Source: a virus
Virus record (IMG/VR): IMGVR_UViG_3300032240_002575
Location: 13,606-77,605 of that record
Length of the DNA: 64,000 nt
Reading direction: 5' to 3' (one strand)
This document shows positions 1 through 10,328 of this stretch, piece by piece. Numbering within the stretch: position 1 is the stretch's first letter; every line of letters begins with the position of its first letter. The position numbers and the translations under genes were made by a program. The notes under the pieces are model-generated. The model did no database searches, was not told the origin of the DNA, and was given only the letters and a program-made list of their open reading frames with translations.

Positions 1-867
1 TCCGTATTCATTTTGTTGTGGGACTTGGAATGCCGCAGTATATTCAGGTCTAACCAATCTGTTAACCAAGAATTTTTCAACTTCATCAAATGATTCTTGG
101 AAAACTTTATCAACAATATAATCATTTGGTCTGATTTGATAATCGTCAGTTATTGTTGTTGCACTTGTTCCAAAAGGAGCGCCCGAAACATAAAATTGTA
201 GGTAACCCAAAGATAGAGTTTCTGATGGAACAAACGATAGTACTTGATAAATGTTATCATTTATACTAACACAATAATCCAAGTAAGTGTTATATAAGTT
301 TCTGTATTGTGAAACTGTTATTTCCCTAACGGATAAGTTAGTTGCTGCACTTACAGAATAATCAATGTCAAATGGATTATTAAATCTGTCAACATTAACT
401 TTGAAATATGTTTCGTCTGTTTGTATATCATATGATATGTCGTACGCGGTAAAACCTGTATTGAACGAGTCGTTATTAAACATAACGTCTACAGACGCAG
501 GGAAATAATTAATAATTCTTGTAATTGAAACACTAAATCTTTTTGACAAGGAACCATACATCGAAAAGTTAAGAACTTGGGAAACATCGTAATTTGGATA
601 AACTCGGAACTGTGTTGCAAGAATTGCCCTACTTTGTTCCAAACTATCAATGTTCATCATATCCAATGACATTGGTTCGGAGAATGCTCCTACGTTGAAT
701 GTTCTATTTACCTTTTCCGTAACTCCAGTTGTAAACTCGAAGTTACCTTGCGTAAGTCCTCCACCCTCAACAGTTTGTAATCCTACAATATTGTCGGAGA
801 AGGTTCCCGCACCGTTTCCTGGTCTTGGTGGGTAAAAGTATTTAGTATTTTTTGTTGTTACCGCCAT
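1..867 (-). CDS. Partial hypothetical protein, probable virion structural protein (runs off the left edge; not in the ORF track)
   Basis: ATG at 867-865 overlaps the TAA of the upstream gene (TAATG). The open frame MAVTTKNTKYFYPPRPGNGAGTFSDNIVG... continues to the window edge. Confidence 0.75.
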   Translation of the reverse strand, partial: MAVTTKNTKYFYPPRPGNGAGTFSDNIVGLQTVEGGGLTQGNFEFTTGVTEKVNRTFNVGAFSEPMSLDMMNIDSLEQSRAILATQFRVYPNYDVSQVLNFSMYGSLSKRFSVSITRIINYFPASVDVMFNNDSFNTGFTAYDISYDIQTDETYFKVNVDRFNNPFDIDYSVSAATNLSVREITVSQYRNLYNTYLDYCVSINDNIYQVLSFVPSETLSLGYLQFYVSGAPFGTSATTITDDYQIRPNDYIVDKVFQESFDEVEKFLVNRLVRPEYTAAFQVPQQNEYG

Positions 868-1775
868 TAACCTGTGATTGTTGTGAAGTTTTTACTAAAA
901 TCAATATTATTACCTCTACTCTGTCTAACTTCATACAACAATGCGTTGAATTGGTCTCTAATTTCGTACAAGTTGTATTGTCTGTAGATATTGTTTTGAG
1001 TATCGTAGATAGTGTAAATACCGTCATCAATAGATTTAGTTTGATTACCGTAAAGAGCAATAGCAAGAGATGAGACATCGTACTCAACCATATCAATCTC
1101 CAATGTTATTGGATTGAAATATGTATTACTGATAATAATACTCTGATTTGGTTGACCAATAAATGGAGTTGCATTTGGTTTGTTAGTCGGTGACGATGAT
1201 GGTGATAAAGTCAAAAATATTAAATTTGAATTTCCATCAACATATCTATATCTAATTGATTTTTGTGTTGTGTTAATTTCGTTTGTCACAACAGGCTCAC
1301 AGAAAAATGATGAAGTTACAACCCTAAAAAAGTTAGGAATTTTTGAACCATCAGCATTCAAGTATTCAACTCTAAATCCAACCAATCCTTGAGGAACGAA
1401 TTTGTTTTGATATTGAACGGGAACATTTGTTACATCAATAACAATCCCTTTTACGTTTGGTAATGCACTTAACACACCACAATCTGTAATCAATGTTCTT
1501 ATTTGAGCTGGTCTCAAATAAAGTGTGTAAATTCCAATCGCATTAAATTGTTCTGCAGGTAAAGTTAAGTTATATAACCCTCCCAAAATTTCAACATTTG
1601 CATTACCCCCTGTTTGTGTATTATTAAAGTAAGGTTTCAACAATGTTTGAGCATCAAGTTCAGTTAGGACATAGTTATCTGTAACATCTCTTGATGGTGT
1701 GTAATTCATTATTATTTGCACGTCTTCAGGTGAAACATCACTTGGTCGAATTGTGCCGTATGAACCGATTGCCAT
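867..1775 (-). CDS. Hypothetical protein, probable virion/baseplate structural protein
   Basis: 302 aa ORF in a structural gene run, with a TATTTATA motif just upstream. Confidence 0.6.
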   Translation of the reverse strand: MAIGSYGTIRPSDVSPEDVQIIMNYTPSRDVTDNYVLTELDAQTLLKPYFNNTQTGGNANVEILGGLYNLTLPAEQFNAIGIYTLYLRPAQIRTLITDCGVLSALPNVKGIVIDVTNVPVQYQNKFVPQGLVGFRVEYLNADGSKIPNFFRVVTSSFFCEPVVTNEINTTQKSIRYRYVDGNSNLIFLTLSPSSSPTNKPNATPFIGQPNQSIIISNTYFNPITLEIDMVEYDVSSLAIALYGNQTKSIDDGIYTIYDTQNNIYRQYNLYEIRDQFNALLYEVRQSRGNNIDFSKNFTTITG

Positions 1776-1800
1776 AATTTCTTTTTATCTTATAAATAGT

Positions 1801-2910
1801 TTAGTTCTTTTTTTCAACATTAAAAAATCCATAACCGTAGTTAATCATATCTCCAAGATTATCGACTTCTCCTAACCTCTGAATTCTTTCATATGCGGAG
1901 TTCTTTCCTCTTTCAATGAATATGCTCGATTGGATTTGTGCTTGGTCAACAACTTTTAACAATACTTCCTCTTTGGTGATTGGTGTTTGTGTTAAATTGT
2001 TTTCGGTAAATCCTGATGATGGTTCAAAAAATATTGTTGTACCATCAACATAATCATAATAATTTACGTTGTTTATCGTATACGCTGTGTATATGGAATT
2101 CATATCTGTTATTATTCCCCAAATCTGTCCATTTTTAATTACAGGTGTTCCAACTTGGTATTTTACTGAACCATATAATGCCAAATCTGTTATACTTGAT
2201 TTTGTCAGTCCTGAAACCGTATATGGTACCGTAACGTAGTTAAACGATGTTTGAGCCGACACTTCATTAACCGCATCACCTGAAAATATGTAGTTATAAC
2301 TTACAGGAGTGTTAATCCAATTACCACCCGCAGGAATAAAAAACGCTTCACCATTTGGATTATTTATCACGACGTTTGAATATGGCGTAGTGATTGTTTT
2401 ACTTACTCTTGTAACTCCCCAAGGATTTGTTTGTTCCAAAGTAATAACATATTGTGCGTTCGCCGTTGGGTAAGTATGACTTAACGAATTTGGTGTGTAA
2501 ACTGAAATAGTTTGTTTTGGTGACCCGTCACCCCAATCTACTTTATATGCCGATAAGTCCAAAAATTTTTGGAACTCACTTGATGTATTGTAGATATTAT
2601 AAACATACGGATTTGATGTGGTTGATGAAAAAATAAAATTGGCAACAACATCTTTTTGTAGTACCGCTCCATCGAATGGACTATAATATCCTGCATCAAC
2701 CGCAGTTTGAGTAATTAAAATTGGAATTGTTAAACCTGTTAATATTGAACTTCCGTTTGGCCCTGCAGACAAAACTTGTGTCATAGCAGAATAAACACCA
2801 GTCGTTTCTCCTGTATAACTGGGTCCAACATTTTGACCTTGCATGTTAACCGTAAAAATATCACCCAATATTGTTTCAGGGGATACAACGAATCTATAAA
2901 AATTTTCCAT
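1801..2910 (-). CDS. PKD-domain-containing virion structural protein
   Basis: The segment VDWGDGS...SHTYP...YVITL is a PKD/Ig-like signature. 369 aa; start overlaps the upstream stop. Confidence 0.6.
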   Translation of the reverse strand: MENFYRFVVSPETILGDIFTVNMQGQNVGPSYTGETTGVYSAMTQVLSAGPNGSSILTGLTIPILITQTAVDAGYYSPFDGAVLQKDVVANFIFSSTTSNPYVYNIYNTSSEFQKFLDLSAYKVDWGDGSPKQTISVYTPNSLSHTYPTANAQYVITLEQTNPWGVTRVSKTITTPYSNVVINNPNGEAFFIPAGGNWINTPVSYNYIFSGDAVNEVSAQTSFNYVTVPYTVSGLTKSSITDLALYGSVKYQVGTPVIKNGQIWGIITDMNSIYTAYTINNVNYYDYVDGTTIFFEPSSGFTENNLTQTPITKEEVLLKVVDQAQIQSSIFIERGKNSAYERIQRLGEVDNLGDMINYGYGFFNVEKKN

Positions 2911-3752
2911 TATTTCGGATTAACATATTCATACCATTTTATGGGTACCACCGCACCCGCTCGCTCTCCGTTGTTACTATAAATTGTTTGATGTGGATTC
3001 AAATTGAACACTTGATAGTTTCTTTTATCGTAATCCAATTTAACCCTATAATAGAAATACTGTGTACTATCAAAATTAAATTTATCGCCAACAATAGATG
3101 ATTGAGGCATGTTCATCATTTTTGTGAAATAACCATTTTTTGCATCATAAAACTTTGCTGTCATATAGAATGTATCTATATCCAAAAAGTTTCTTTTCTT
3201 CAACCAATAAATAAAAAACCCTTCTTTATCACCAACATAATCAAGAACGAAATATGGTCTTTTGATATTAACCAATGTTCGTTGCATTTGAGCTTCCATT
3301 GTTAATCCTTGTTGTGTTGGTATTATAAGTGTGATGTAATTTGTTTGTCGTTTTTCATCAGGAGTATCATATAAATCCAATTTGAAAAATGAGTTTGAAA
3401 AGTTGTTTAAGTAGTAATAAATTTCAGTTGGTGTGAAACCTTCTGACATATAGTTATTTCTCCAATTTGTATCTGTATTCAATGAACCACCAGAATAAAA
3501 ATTAAATTCATATTGTATATCAGTAACTTCGTACTTGTTGTCACTAAATGGGTCAGTTATTGTAGTTGGTGCATGTGCAAACCTATCCACTTCAAAGTCA
3601 CCATATTGTCCTGTGACCTTTTTAATTACTTCACCTTCATACTCATCAATACTTTGGTCCAAACCCAAATAATCCCAAGTAAGTTCAATTGGGATTACCA
3701 ATTGTTTGTTGGTAAATGTATCCTTCCTTATTTCAATTTTATTCACAGCCAT
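2910..3752 (-). CDS. Hypothetical protein, probable structural
   Basis: 280 aa ORF overlapping both neighbours. Confidence 0.55.
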   Translation of the reverse strand: MAVNKIEIRKDTFTNKQLVIPIELTWDYLGLDQSIDEYEGEVIKKVTGQYGDFEVDRFAHAPTTITDPFSDNKYEVTDIQYEFNFYSGGSLNTDTNWRNNYMSEGFTPTEIYYYLNNFSNSFFKLDLYDTPDEKRQTNYITLIIPTQQGLTMEAQMQRTLVNIKRPYFVLDYVGDKEGFFIYWLKKRNFLDIDTFYMTAKFYDAKNGYFTKMMNMPQSSIVGDKFNFDSTQYFYYRVKLDYDKRNYQVFNLNPHQTIYSNNGERAGAVVPIKWYEYVNPK

Positions 3753-5433
3753 CGATTAAAGGTTTTACAGGGTATGAAACTCCAAGAATTGCGGAGTTAT
3801 AGTTTATTCCTTCAGGAATTAATCTAAATTGAAATTCACTAAATGGATATTGGGCAAAGTTTAAGAAGGGATAATTTACTCCTCTTCCCAAATTATCTTT
3901 GAAACCATAAGTATATAAATCCCTCCATCTAAATTGTTGGTCAGAATTAGAGAAGTAAGCGTAGCTTGGAATGCCATCTATAAATTGTACATCACCAGTT
4001 TCAACATAATCCGAAAAAACTCTGATAGTCATAGATGAATGTGGTTGATAGTAAAATCCTGGTATATTTGTTGAAGGTGTTTTTACGGTTTTGAAGATGT
4101 TTTGGTTGTATTTTATTTTATGGAAATACGGTGATATAACTCTTTCAGCTTGGTCATAATCATTCCACTCACAAAAATCACCATCCATTGTGTCTCCTGA
4201 CATTAAGTTTTGGTTGTAATAAAATGTTTTTGTTACACCACTTGTTTTTGTATAACTTAATGTTTGAATGTTTGTATTTGAATCAAGGTTTGTTGAATCC
4301 CACCAAAAGTTTGAGCTTTTTGTTATGTTAAATTTCCATCCTTGTTTCACACCAACACCATTTGTTGGTTCATTAAAATAACCTGTATAACCTTTGTTGA
4401 TAATAGTCAAAAATAATTCACTTATTGGTCTTTTCTGATTATCTAATAATCCTTTCAAATCCAAATCTCGATTAACCGTTACACTAAATGAATTACTACT
4501 AGTTTTTTGTGAAACTCTTGAAACATTATTTGGTGTTATTGAACTGTATTCGAATTTTTTTTCTTCCAAAAACACATTTTTTTCAAAAGCATTTTTTGTC
4601 ATAACACAATCTTCAAGATTGGTTATAATTTTATGTTGTCTAACATAATATTTTGATTTTGTTTCCAAAATATTTTCAGGATTTGTAACACGTTTGAAGG
4701 TTCCTGTTACAGAATTTGCAAAAGTCGCGCCGGTGTATCCAACATTATAAATGTTAAAAACATATTCATCACTACCAAATTGACCGTTGCCCAATGAAAA
4801 CACTTGGAATAAATTTATCCCATTATAGTTAAATGAAAGTTCAACGTATTCTCCGACTGTCAAACCGTGAGGTGCAATACATTGAAATGCAACCACATTA
4901 CTACCATTTTGAACCAAGTTAGTAATCGAAAAAGGTATTCCGTCTGAAGCCTTCCAATTCAAACTTGTATTGTTCAAGTTATAATATAATTGTTTATCAT
5001 AGTCATTTTGATAAGCATAACTAACGTAATAAGTCCAATTGTATGTATAAGCACTTTTAGCTTGATAAAATATATGTTGGTCACTTACATCAGGTCTATA
5101 AAAGTCGAACTCGTAATATTGCGGAAAACCATACCAAGTATTACTTTGTTTTGAGTTGACAGGGTCTAAATAATATAAAGTATTTATAAATGGAATATAT
5201 TGGGTTGTACCACTATACGTATTCGAATAAAGATAGTTTATCTTAAATGTTGGTCTGAAGACTGTACAAGCTTGTCTTTCATCATCATAAAGTTGAGCTA
5301 AACTAATACTTTGACTACGAGCATATTCAGTCATTTCCTGACTTTGTTGTTCCAAAGATAAACTAATTTCTTGGTCAACAAATGGAGCCGACTTATATCT
5401 TAAGTTACTTGGTATTATCGTATAGTTATTCAC
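3739..5433 (-). CDS. Hypothetical protein, probable structural (beta-rich)
   Basis: 564 aa, rich in aromatic residues, Asn and Thr; overlaps both neighbours. Confidence 0.55.
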   Translation of the reverse strand: MNNYTIIPSNLRYKSAPFVDQEISLSLEQQSQEMTEYARSQSISLAQLYDDERQACTVFRPTFKINYLYSNTYSGTTQYIPFINTLYYLDPVNSKQSNTWYGFPQYYEFDFYRPDVSDQHIFYQAKSAYTYNWTYYVSYAYQNDYDKQLYYNLNNTSLNWKASDGIPFSITNLVQNGSNVVAFQCIAPHGLTVGEYVELSFNYNGINLFQVFSLGNGQFGSDEYVFNIYNVGYTGATFANSVTGTFKRVTNPENILETKSKYYVRQHKIITNLEDCVMTKNAFEKNVFLEEKKFEYSSITPNNVSRVSQKTSSNSFSVTVNRDLDLKGLLDNQKRPISELFLTIINKGYTGYFNEPTNGVGVKQGWKFNITKSSNFWWDSTNLDSNTNIQTLSYTKTSGVTKTFYYNQNLMSGDTMDGDFCEWNDYDQAERVISPYFHKIKYNQNIFKTVKTPSTNIPGFYYQPHSSMTIRVFSDYVETGDVQFIDGIPSYAYFSNSDQQFRWRDLYTYGFKDNLGRGVNYPFLNFAQYPFSEFQFRLIPEGINYNSAILGVSYPVKPLIDGCE

Positions 5434-8400
5434 TTACTGAATATTTTCTTTTGAATTGGTCTAATGCTGTATCACCTTTGATAGTTCCGAAATAGAAATG
5501 GAATGGTGCTCCAACAATAAATTTATTACCTGTAGCATTGAATGTGTTACTCGATTGATAGTTACCATTTGCATCTTTTGCAAAAATGTAACCTGTCGCG
5601 TATAAATCAGAAACGCTTGAAGTTGTTGGTCTAAAATAATTTGGTGTCCCTAAAAATGTTCTATCCAATGATTGGTATCTTTGGTTTTGAACTATATCGC
5701 TTGGTCCAGTTGCCCAATTATTCAACTGACTTCCAAAAATTAAATTATTTTGGTTGTCCTTCAGTTCCCATTTGTAATGTGGTACAACTTGTGATTTGTT
5801 ACCATATAAATAAGGATAATTTGCACTGTTGTTCGAAGTTCTAAAGTTAATTCTACCAGGTGTTAAATAATCTTTAGTTTGAATGTTTTGTGTTGTTGAT
5901 GAAAACCACACCGCCATTACTGGATTACCAGGAGTACCCAATACATTTGTCGGTGAATTTGTAGGTTTTGTTGCATAATATTCAGGTGAAAAATTAACGT
6001 TACCTATTTCAGAGTTGATTGAACAAAGTTGAACAAAATCACCATCAACCCTTGCTTTTGGCGTAAAAAACCCTAAAAACCCAGCGCCATTATCGGGTCT
6101 AGAAAAAAGTATTGCAAGTGAATCATTTAAGAAACCAAAAATTCTTGATAAAAACCCTGAATCCACCATTCTGGATATAACAAACAAGTTTACTAAATCT
6201 GAAGTATCACCATATGATGTGGATTCTAAAGTCGGTATTATATACGCATTTGTTGATGGGTCAAAAACAATTTCAGAATAAAAACTATCTTTGAAACCTA
6301 AATTAATTAATGTTGTCGGAAACATTAAATTTAATGTGTTAACCGCTCCTCCGTCTTGGTCGGACAATCTACCAACAAAGTTTTTTGTATAAACATTATA
6401 AGGACTACTTCTGAAATAAAAGTTTACGGTATTTTTATCGTAGTAAACTAATTCATCAGGAAATACGGGGTCTTCAGGTTTGTTTGACGTATCATAAAAA
6501 GTATCCACTTGTATTGGGAATAAGTACAGAGAACCGTTAACCCAATTATTTGTAAATGTTTGAGAAAGAACTCCTCTACATAACCCATACATAAATCTAA
6601 ATCTATACCCCCACTCTGACCATATTTGAACATCATAAACAATATTAAAAGGGTTCAAAGGGTCGTGAAATAAAATATAACAACCGTTTTTTACAAAATC
6701 ATAACCAGCATCAAACGCATTACAAGGTTTTTTTACTTTGAACGTACTTCCAAACCCGTCATAACATTCAAGTGGAACCATTCCCGGACAACTGAAACTT
6801 GTTAAAACTTCACCTTCGTAAGGTTGTCCTGCAATATCAGCACTTACTTGTTTAGCACCAGAACCATACCCTTGACTGACACTAGTTGGTCCACCAGTAC
6901 CCGCCAATTTATAAATGTTAAAATTAATATTTTGTTGTAATATACTTGGATTTGTGTTCCAATCTTTACCATCCAAACCATCAGAAGTCGGTAGTCTATC
7001 AGTTCTCATAACGTTTTTTGACGAGTTGTTCATAAACATATAAAACGTAGGACCAAATGCCTTTGTATAATAATCACTAAACACCGGCCATCCACCATTA
7101 TAAACAGTATTATAAGGTAAGACCGCCATAAAACTACCTCCACTGTTGTCTTCAGAGTTGTCATATTTACTACTTGATGCTGTCGAATCCCAAAACCCAT
7201 TGTTTGCCGTAGAAATTAGTTTGTTTCCACTATTTTTTAGGTATAAAGTTGGGTTGTAGTAAGGTCGATTATTAACATCCAAAGAACCATAATACCCAAT
7301 TGCTGTTGAAGTATAAGCTGTGAATTGTTGACCATAAGTTGTACTACCAGCAATACCAGGTTGAAAAAAATATGATGAGTAAAAAACCTCATTTTGTCCA
7401 TTATTTGTAAAAGGTTGAACACTGATGGCAGTTGAATTCAAAGCTTGTATTGGATAATTTAATCTTGTTTGAGCCGTAATTACAACATCGTCTTCATTAG
7501 GGAATCCTAATATTTTTCCTATACCATATTTGTTGTCATATTGAGGCGAATAAGGGTCTACTCCTCTTTGTAATATTAATATAATTTGATTGGAATAGTT
7601 TTGATATTGTTGTAAAGGGTTAACTTTCTCAGTCTTAATAATTTGGTCTGTACCAAACTCAACCCATGTATCGATGTTGGTAGGAGTGTTCAAAATGTTC
7701 GGAAAACTTTGGGTAGTACCAGTGTTCCATAGATTTGCCGCTTGAGATACTGTAATTGCGGTAACCACTTGAAAATATTCTATATCTCCAGCAAACAAGT
7801 TTGTTGTTATTGTAGAACCTGTTGGAAGACTGTATGAAACCGTTGAATTTGTTGTTTGAGTGTTTGCATAATTGATATTAACTACAGTACTACCCGATGC
7901 TTTGGTTGTACCACTAATCCCGTTAATAACACCGTTGTTTGTTGATGCAGAATAATAAAAGTTTTCATCAGTACTATTCATGGGTGAGACAAAAGTCAAT
8001 AAATCACCAGAATTATAAGTATTTCCATCGGTTGCAAGGATTGTTATTGTATTATCAAAATGAAATTTACCAACATTCGAATTTTCTGCAAAAGTTACTT
8101 TAATTCTATTTTGTCCAGTAAAGTAGTTACCTCTTTGATTGAATAAATTTATTCTTTCACCTATTGGTAAATCACGGGATGATGCGCCAATTTTTTGTCC
8201 ATTGTAATCAAATAAAGTGTGGGTTACTGGAGTTTTATAATACAGTTGTGTTTTATCATCTGAAAAACCTCCAGTTGCAATTGAATAAACAGTAGCCAAT
8301 GAGTTAATATCATTTTGAGTCCCTCCAGAAAATTTTTTCAAATAAGAGTTGAGATAATATGGTGCAAACGACAAATAACTTAAAGCCCCAGTTGCATTTG

Positions 8401-10237
8401 GTTTATTGTTATTTGTTAATGGATTGTTATCGTTTTGACTTATCGTTGAACTACAATCACAAGTGTCACAATCGGGATATGTTAACATTGTTAAACTCAT
8501 GTCGGTGTTGGTAGATTTACAATCAATTTTCAACGCAGGACACAACCATCCGAATGGACAAATACCTAAGATACAAATACCACAAAGTGCACATAAAAAT
8601 TTTATAATAACAAAATAAATAAACAAAACAATTCTGATGATGTATATAAGAGGCAAACCTATCAATTGAATTATTTGAAACAAAAAAGAGAATAGAAAAA
8701 ATAAAAGGTCAAAATTCCTGAATCCTTCGTTAACCGGAAATTTGTTAATTGTTGACTGACAATCATTATTATCAATTTCTTTAATTCCAATGAATCTACC
8801 TCTTCCACCTTTTTTGTATTCGTCAATTAATTGTGACACTGTATATACTCTGTTGAATCCGAATTCATAAAATGTATCTTCACAGTCTATTGCTTCATTT
8901 AACCTATCATAATAATCATTTCCAAAAAACCCATCAGTGTAACCGCTCCAAGCCAAACCAAAATAGTAAGAACTATTTAATTGTCTTTTGTTTGAATTGT
9001 TTGAACTGTATAAAGGGTCTGATGCAGAATTTGACCATCCGTATTCTTTGACATTCGGAATTAAGAAATATGGTCTTCTTGTTTGCTCTGACAACGTTGG
9101 TGGTTGTTGCCATTTGACTTTGAATCTGTATTTACCTTTTGTAGGAATTCCCATTGCAGGGTCATGAGATAAAACTTTTTCACCAAACTCGTTTGTGATA
9201 TAATAATCCAAATTCATTGGTAATTCTGTCAACCAAACACCACTAGCATCTATTATGTTTCCAGCTTGTTCTAATTGATATTGTTCAAGTACTGGATTTC
9301 CATCAGAATCTTGATTAATAGTTTGTCGTATTGCTAAAATTTGTCCTGGACCCGCAACTAATTGACACATATCACCCAACCTATCTTTTGGTTTTGCGGT
9401 AATGTTGATACCAAAGAGACCAGTACTTCTAACTCTCATGTTGTCAGGACTACTAAAGATTGAACCCATAAATGTCGCTGTGGGTTGTATATCTATATTA
9501 GCATCGTCCCTTAAGTCAAAATCAACTCGGTTGATTGCAATAGTACATAATTCAGGGTCTCCCCAAAGTGGTGAAACTTCAACACTTTTAACAACATTAA
9601 CTATTTGAGGTAGGGAGTTCAAGTCCGTAGAAGTTTTGAATCTGTTTCCCGCAACTTGAGCTTCTGTTGCACGACCCATCCTAATCAAATCATTTGGAGT
9701 TAGAGAAAACTCACCAATATCTGACAAGTCAACGTCCATAACTAATGAATAACTTCCTTGCGGAGCACCCATAATCATGTAATCACCACTCTCATTTGTT
9801 TTTGCGGTGAACTTGTAATACTTGTCATAAATCTCCACCGCGGTGCCACCTGTTAAAGCATCTAACCTTGAAGGTAATGTTCCAGTTGCTGCGTGGGTTG
9901 AATATGATTTTTCGTATGGTAATAAATTGTATCTGTATCCGTCTTCATTTTTATCGTTTGGTGATTTATATGGATAGATACTTGAAATAATGGGATTTGA
10001 TTGGTCAACATTTGAAATAGGTATGAATATAGAAACTCTTGCATTTGGTATTCCAAATCCGTTGTTTGCTGTTACTCTTCCGACAACAACACCATAATCA
10101 GCACAACTTTTTGAATAAACATCTTCTTGTTGTAGTGTCAATGATAAAATCTCCAAAAACTCAAAATCTTGGTCTAATTGGACATTAATTGATTTGTTAA
10201 TACCTAGTTCCGTTCTTATTCTATATGATTGACCCAT
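5426..10237 (-). CDS. Large baseplate/tail-tip-associated protein with an N-terminal carboxypeptidase-regulatory-like beta-sandwich and an internal hydrophobic, Cys-rich segment
   Basis: 1603 aa. The pattern GVVVGRV...GIPNARVSI...TNESGDYMI.G.P.G.Y.L fits the prealbumin-like fold. Adjacent to the baseplate wedge gene. Confidence 0.55.
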   Translation of the reverse strand: MGQSYRIRTELGINKSINVQLDQDFEFLEILSLTLQQEDVYSKSCADYGVVVGRVTANNGFGIPNARVSIFIPISNVDQSNPIISSIYPYKSPNDKNEDGYRYNLLPYEKSYSTHAATGTLPSRLDALTGGTAVEIYDKYYKFTAKTNESGDYMIMGAPQGSYSLVMDVDLSDIGEFSLTPNDLIRMGRATEAQVAGNRFKTSTDLNSLPQIVNVVKSVEVSPLWGDPELCTIAINRVDFDLRDDANIDIQPTATFMGSIFSSPDNMRVRSTGLFGINITAKPKDRLGDMCQLVAGPGQILAIRQTINQDSDGNPVLEQYQLEQAGNIIDASGVWLTELPMNLDYYITNEFGEKVLSHDPAMGIPTKGKYRFKVKWQQPPTLSEQTRRPYFLIPNVKEYGWSNSASDPLYSSNNSNKRQLNSSYYFGLAWSGYTDGFFGNDYYDRLNEAIDCEDTFYEFGFNRVYTVSQLIDEYKKGGRGRFIGIKEIDNNDCQSTINKFPVNEGFRNFDLLFFLFSFLFQIIQLIGLPLIYIIRIVLFIYFVIIKFLCALCGICILGICPFGWLCPALKIDCKSTNTDMSLTMLTYPDCDTCDCSSTISQNDNNPLTNNNKPNATGALSYLSFAPYYLNSYLKKFSGGTQNDINSLATVYSIATGGFSDDKTQLYYKTPVTHTLFDYNGQKIGASSRDLPIGERINLFNQRGNYFTGQNRIKVTFAENSNVGKFHFDNTITILATDGNTYNSGDLLTFVSPMNSTDENFYYSASTNNGVINGISGTTKASGSTVVNINYANTQTTNSTVSYSLPTGSTITTNLFAGDIEYFQVVTAITVSQAANLWNTGTTQSFPNILNTPTNIDTWVEFGTDQIIKTEKVNPLQQYQNYSNQIILILQRGVDPYSPQYDNKYGIGKILGFPNEDDVVITAQTRLNYPIQALNSTAISVQPFTNNGQNEVFYSSYFFQPGIAGSTTYGQQFTAYTSTAIGYYGSLDVNNRPYYNPTLYLKNSGNKLISTANNGFWDSTASSSKYDNSEDNSGGSFMAVLPYNTVYNGGWPVFSDYYTKAFGPTFYMFMNNSSKNVMRTDRLPTSDGLDGKDWNTNPSILQQNINFNIYKLAGTGGPTSVSQGYGSGAKQVSADIAGQPYEGEVLTSFSCPGMVPLECYDGFGSTFKVKKPCNAFDAGYDFVKNGCYILFHDPLNPFNIVYDVQIWSEWGYRFRFMYGLCRGVLSQTFTNNWVNGSLYLFPIQVDTFYDTSNKPEDPVFPDELVYYDKNTVNFYFRSSPYNVYTKNFVGRLSDQDGGAVNTLNLMFPTTLINLGFKDSFYSEIVFDPSTNAYIIPTLESTSYGDTSDLVNLFVISRMVDSGFLSRIFGFLNDSLAILFSRPDNGAGFLGFFTPKARVDGDFVQLCSINSEIGNVNFSPEYYATKPTNSPTNVLGTPGNPVMAVWFSSTTQNIQTKDYLTPGRINFRTSNNSANYPYLYGNKSQVVPHYKWELKDNQNNLIFGSQLNNWATGPSDIVQNQRYQSLDRTFLGTPNYFRPTTSSVSDLYATGYIFAKDANGNYQSSNTFNATGNKFIVGAPFHFYFGTIKGDTALDQFKRKYSVSE

Positions 10238-10328
10238 TAGGTTACTTTAATTTATAAATAGTTTATGCGGAATTTTTAAGAGACCGACACATCAAAATAA
10301 TAAACTAAAGAAAAATAAAATAAACTTG

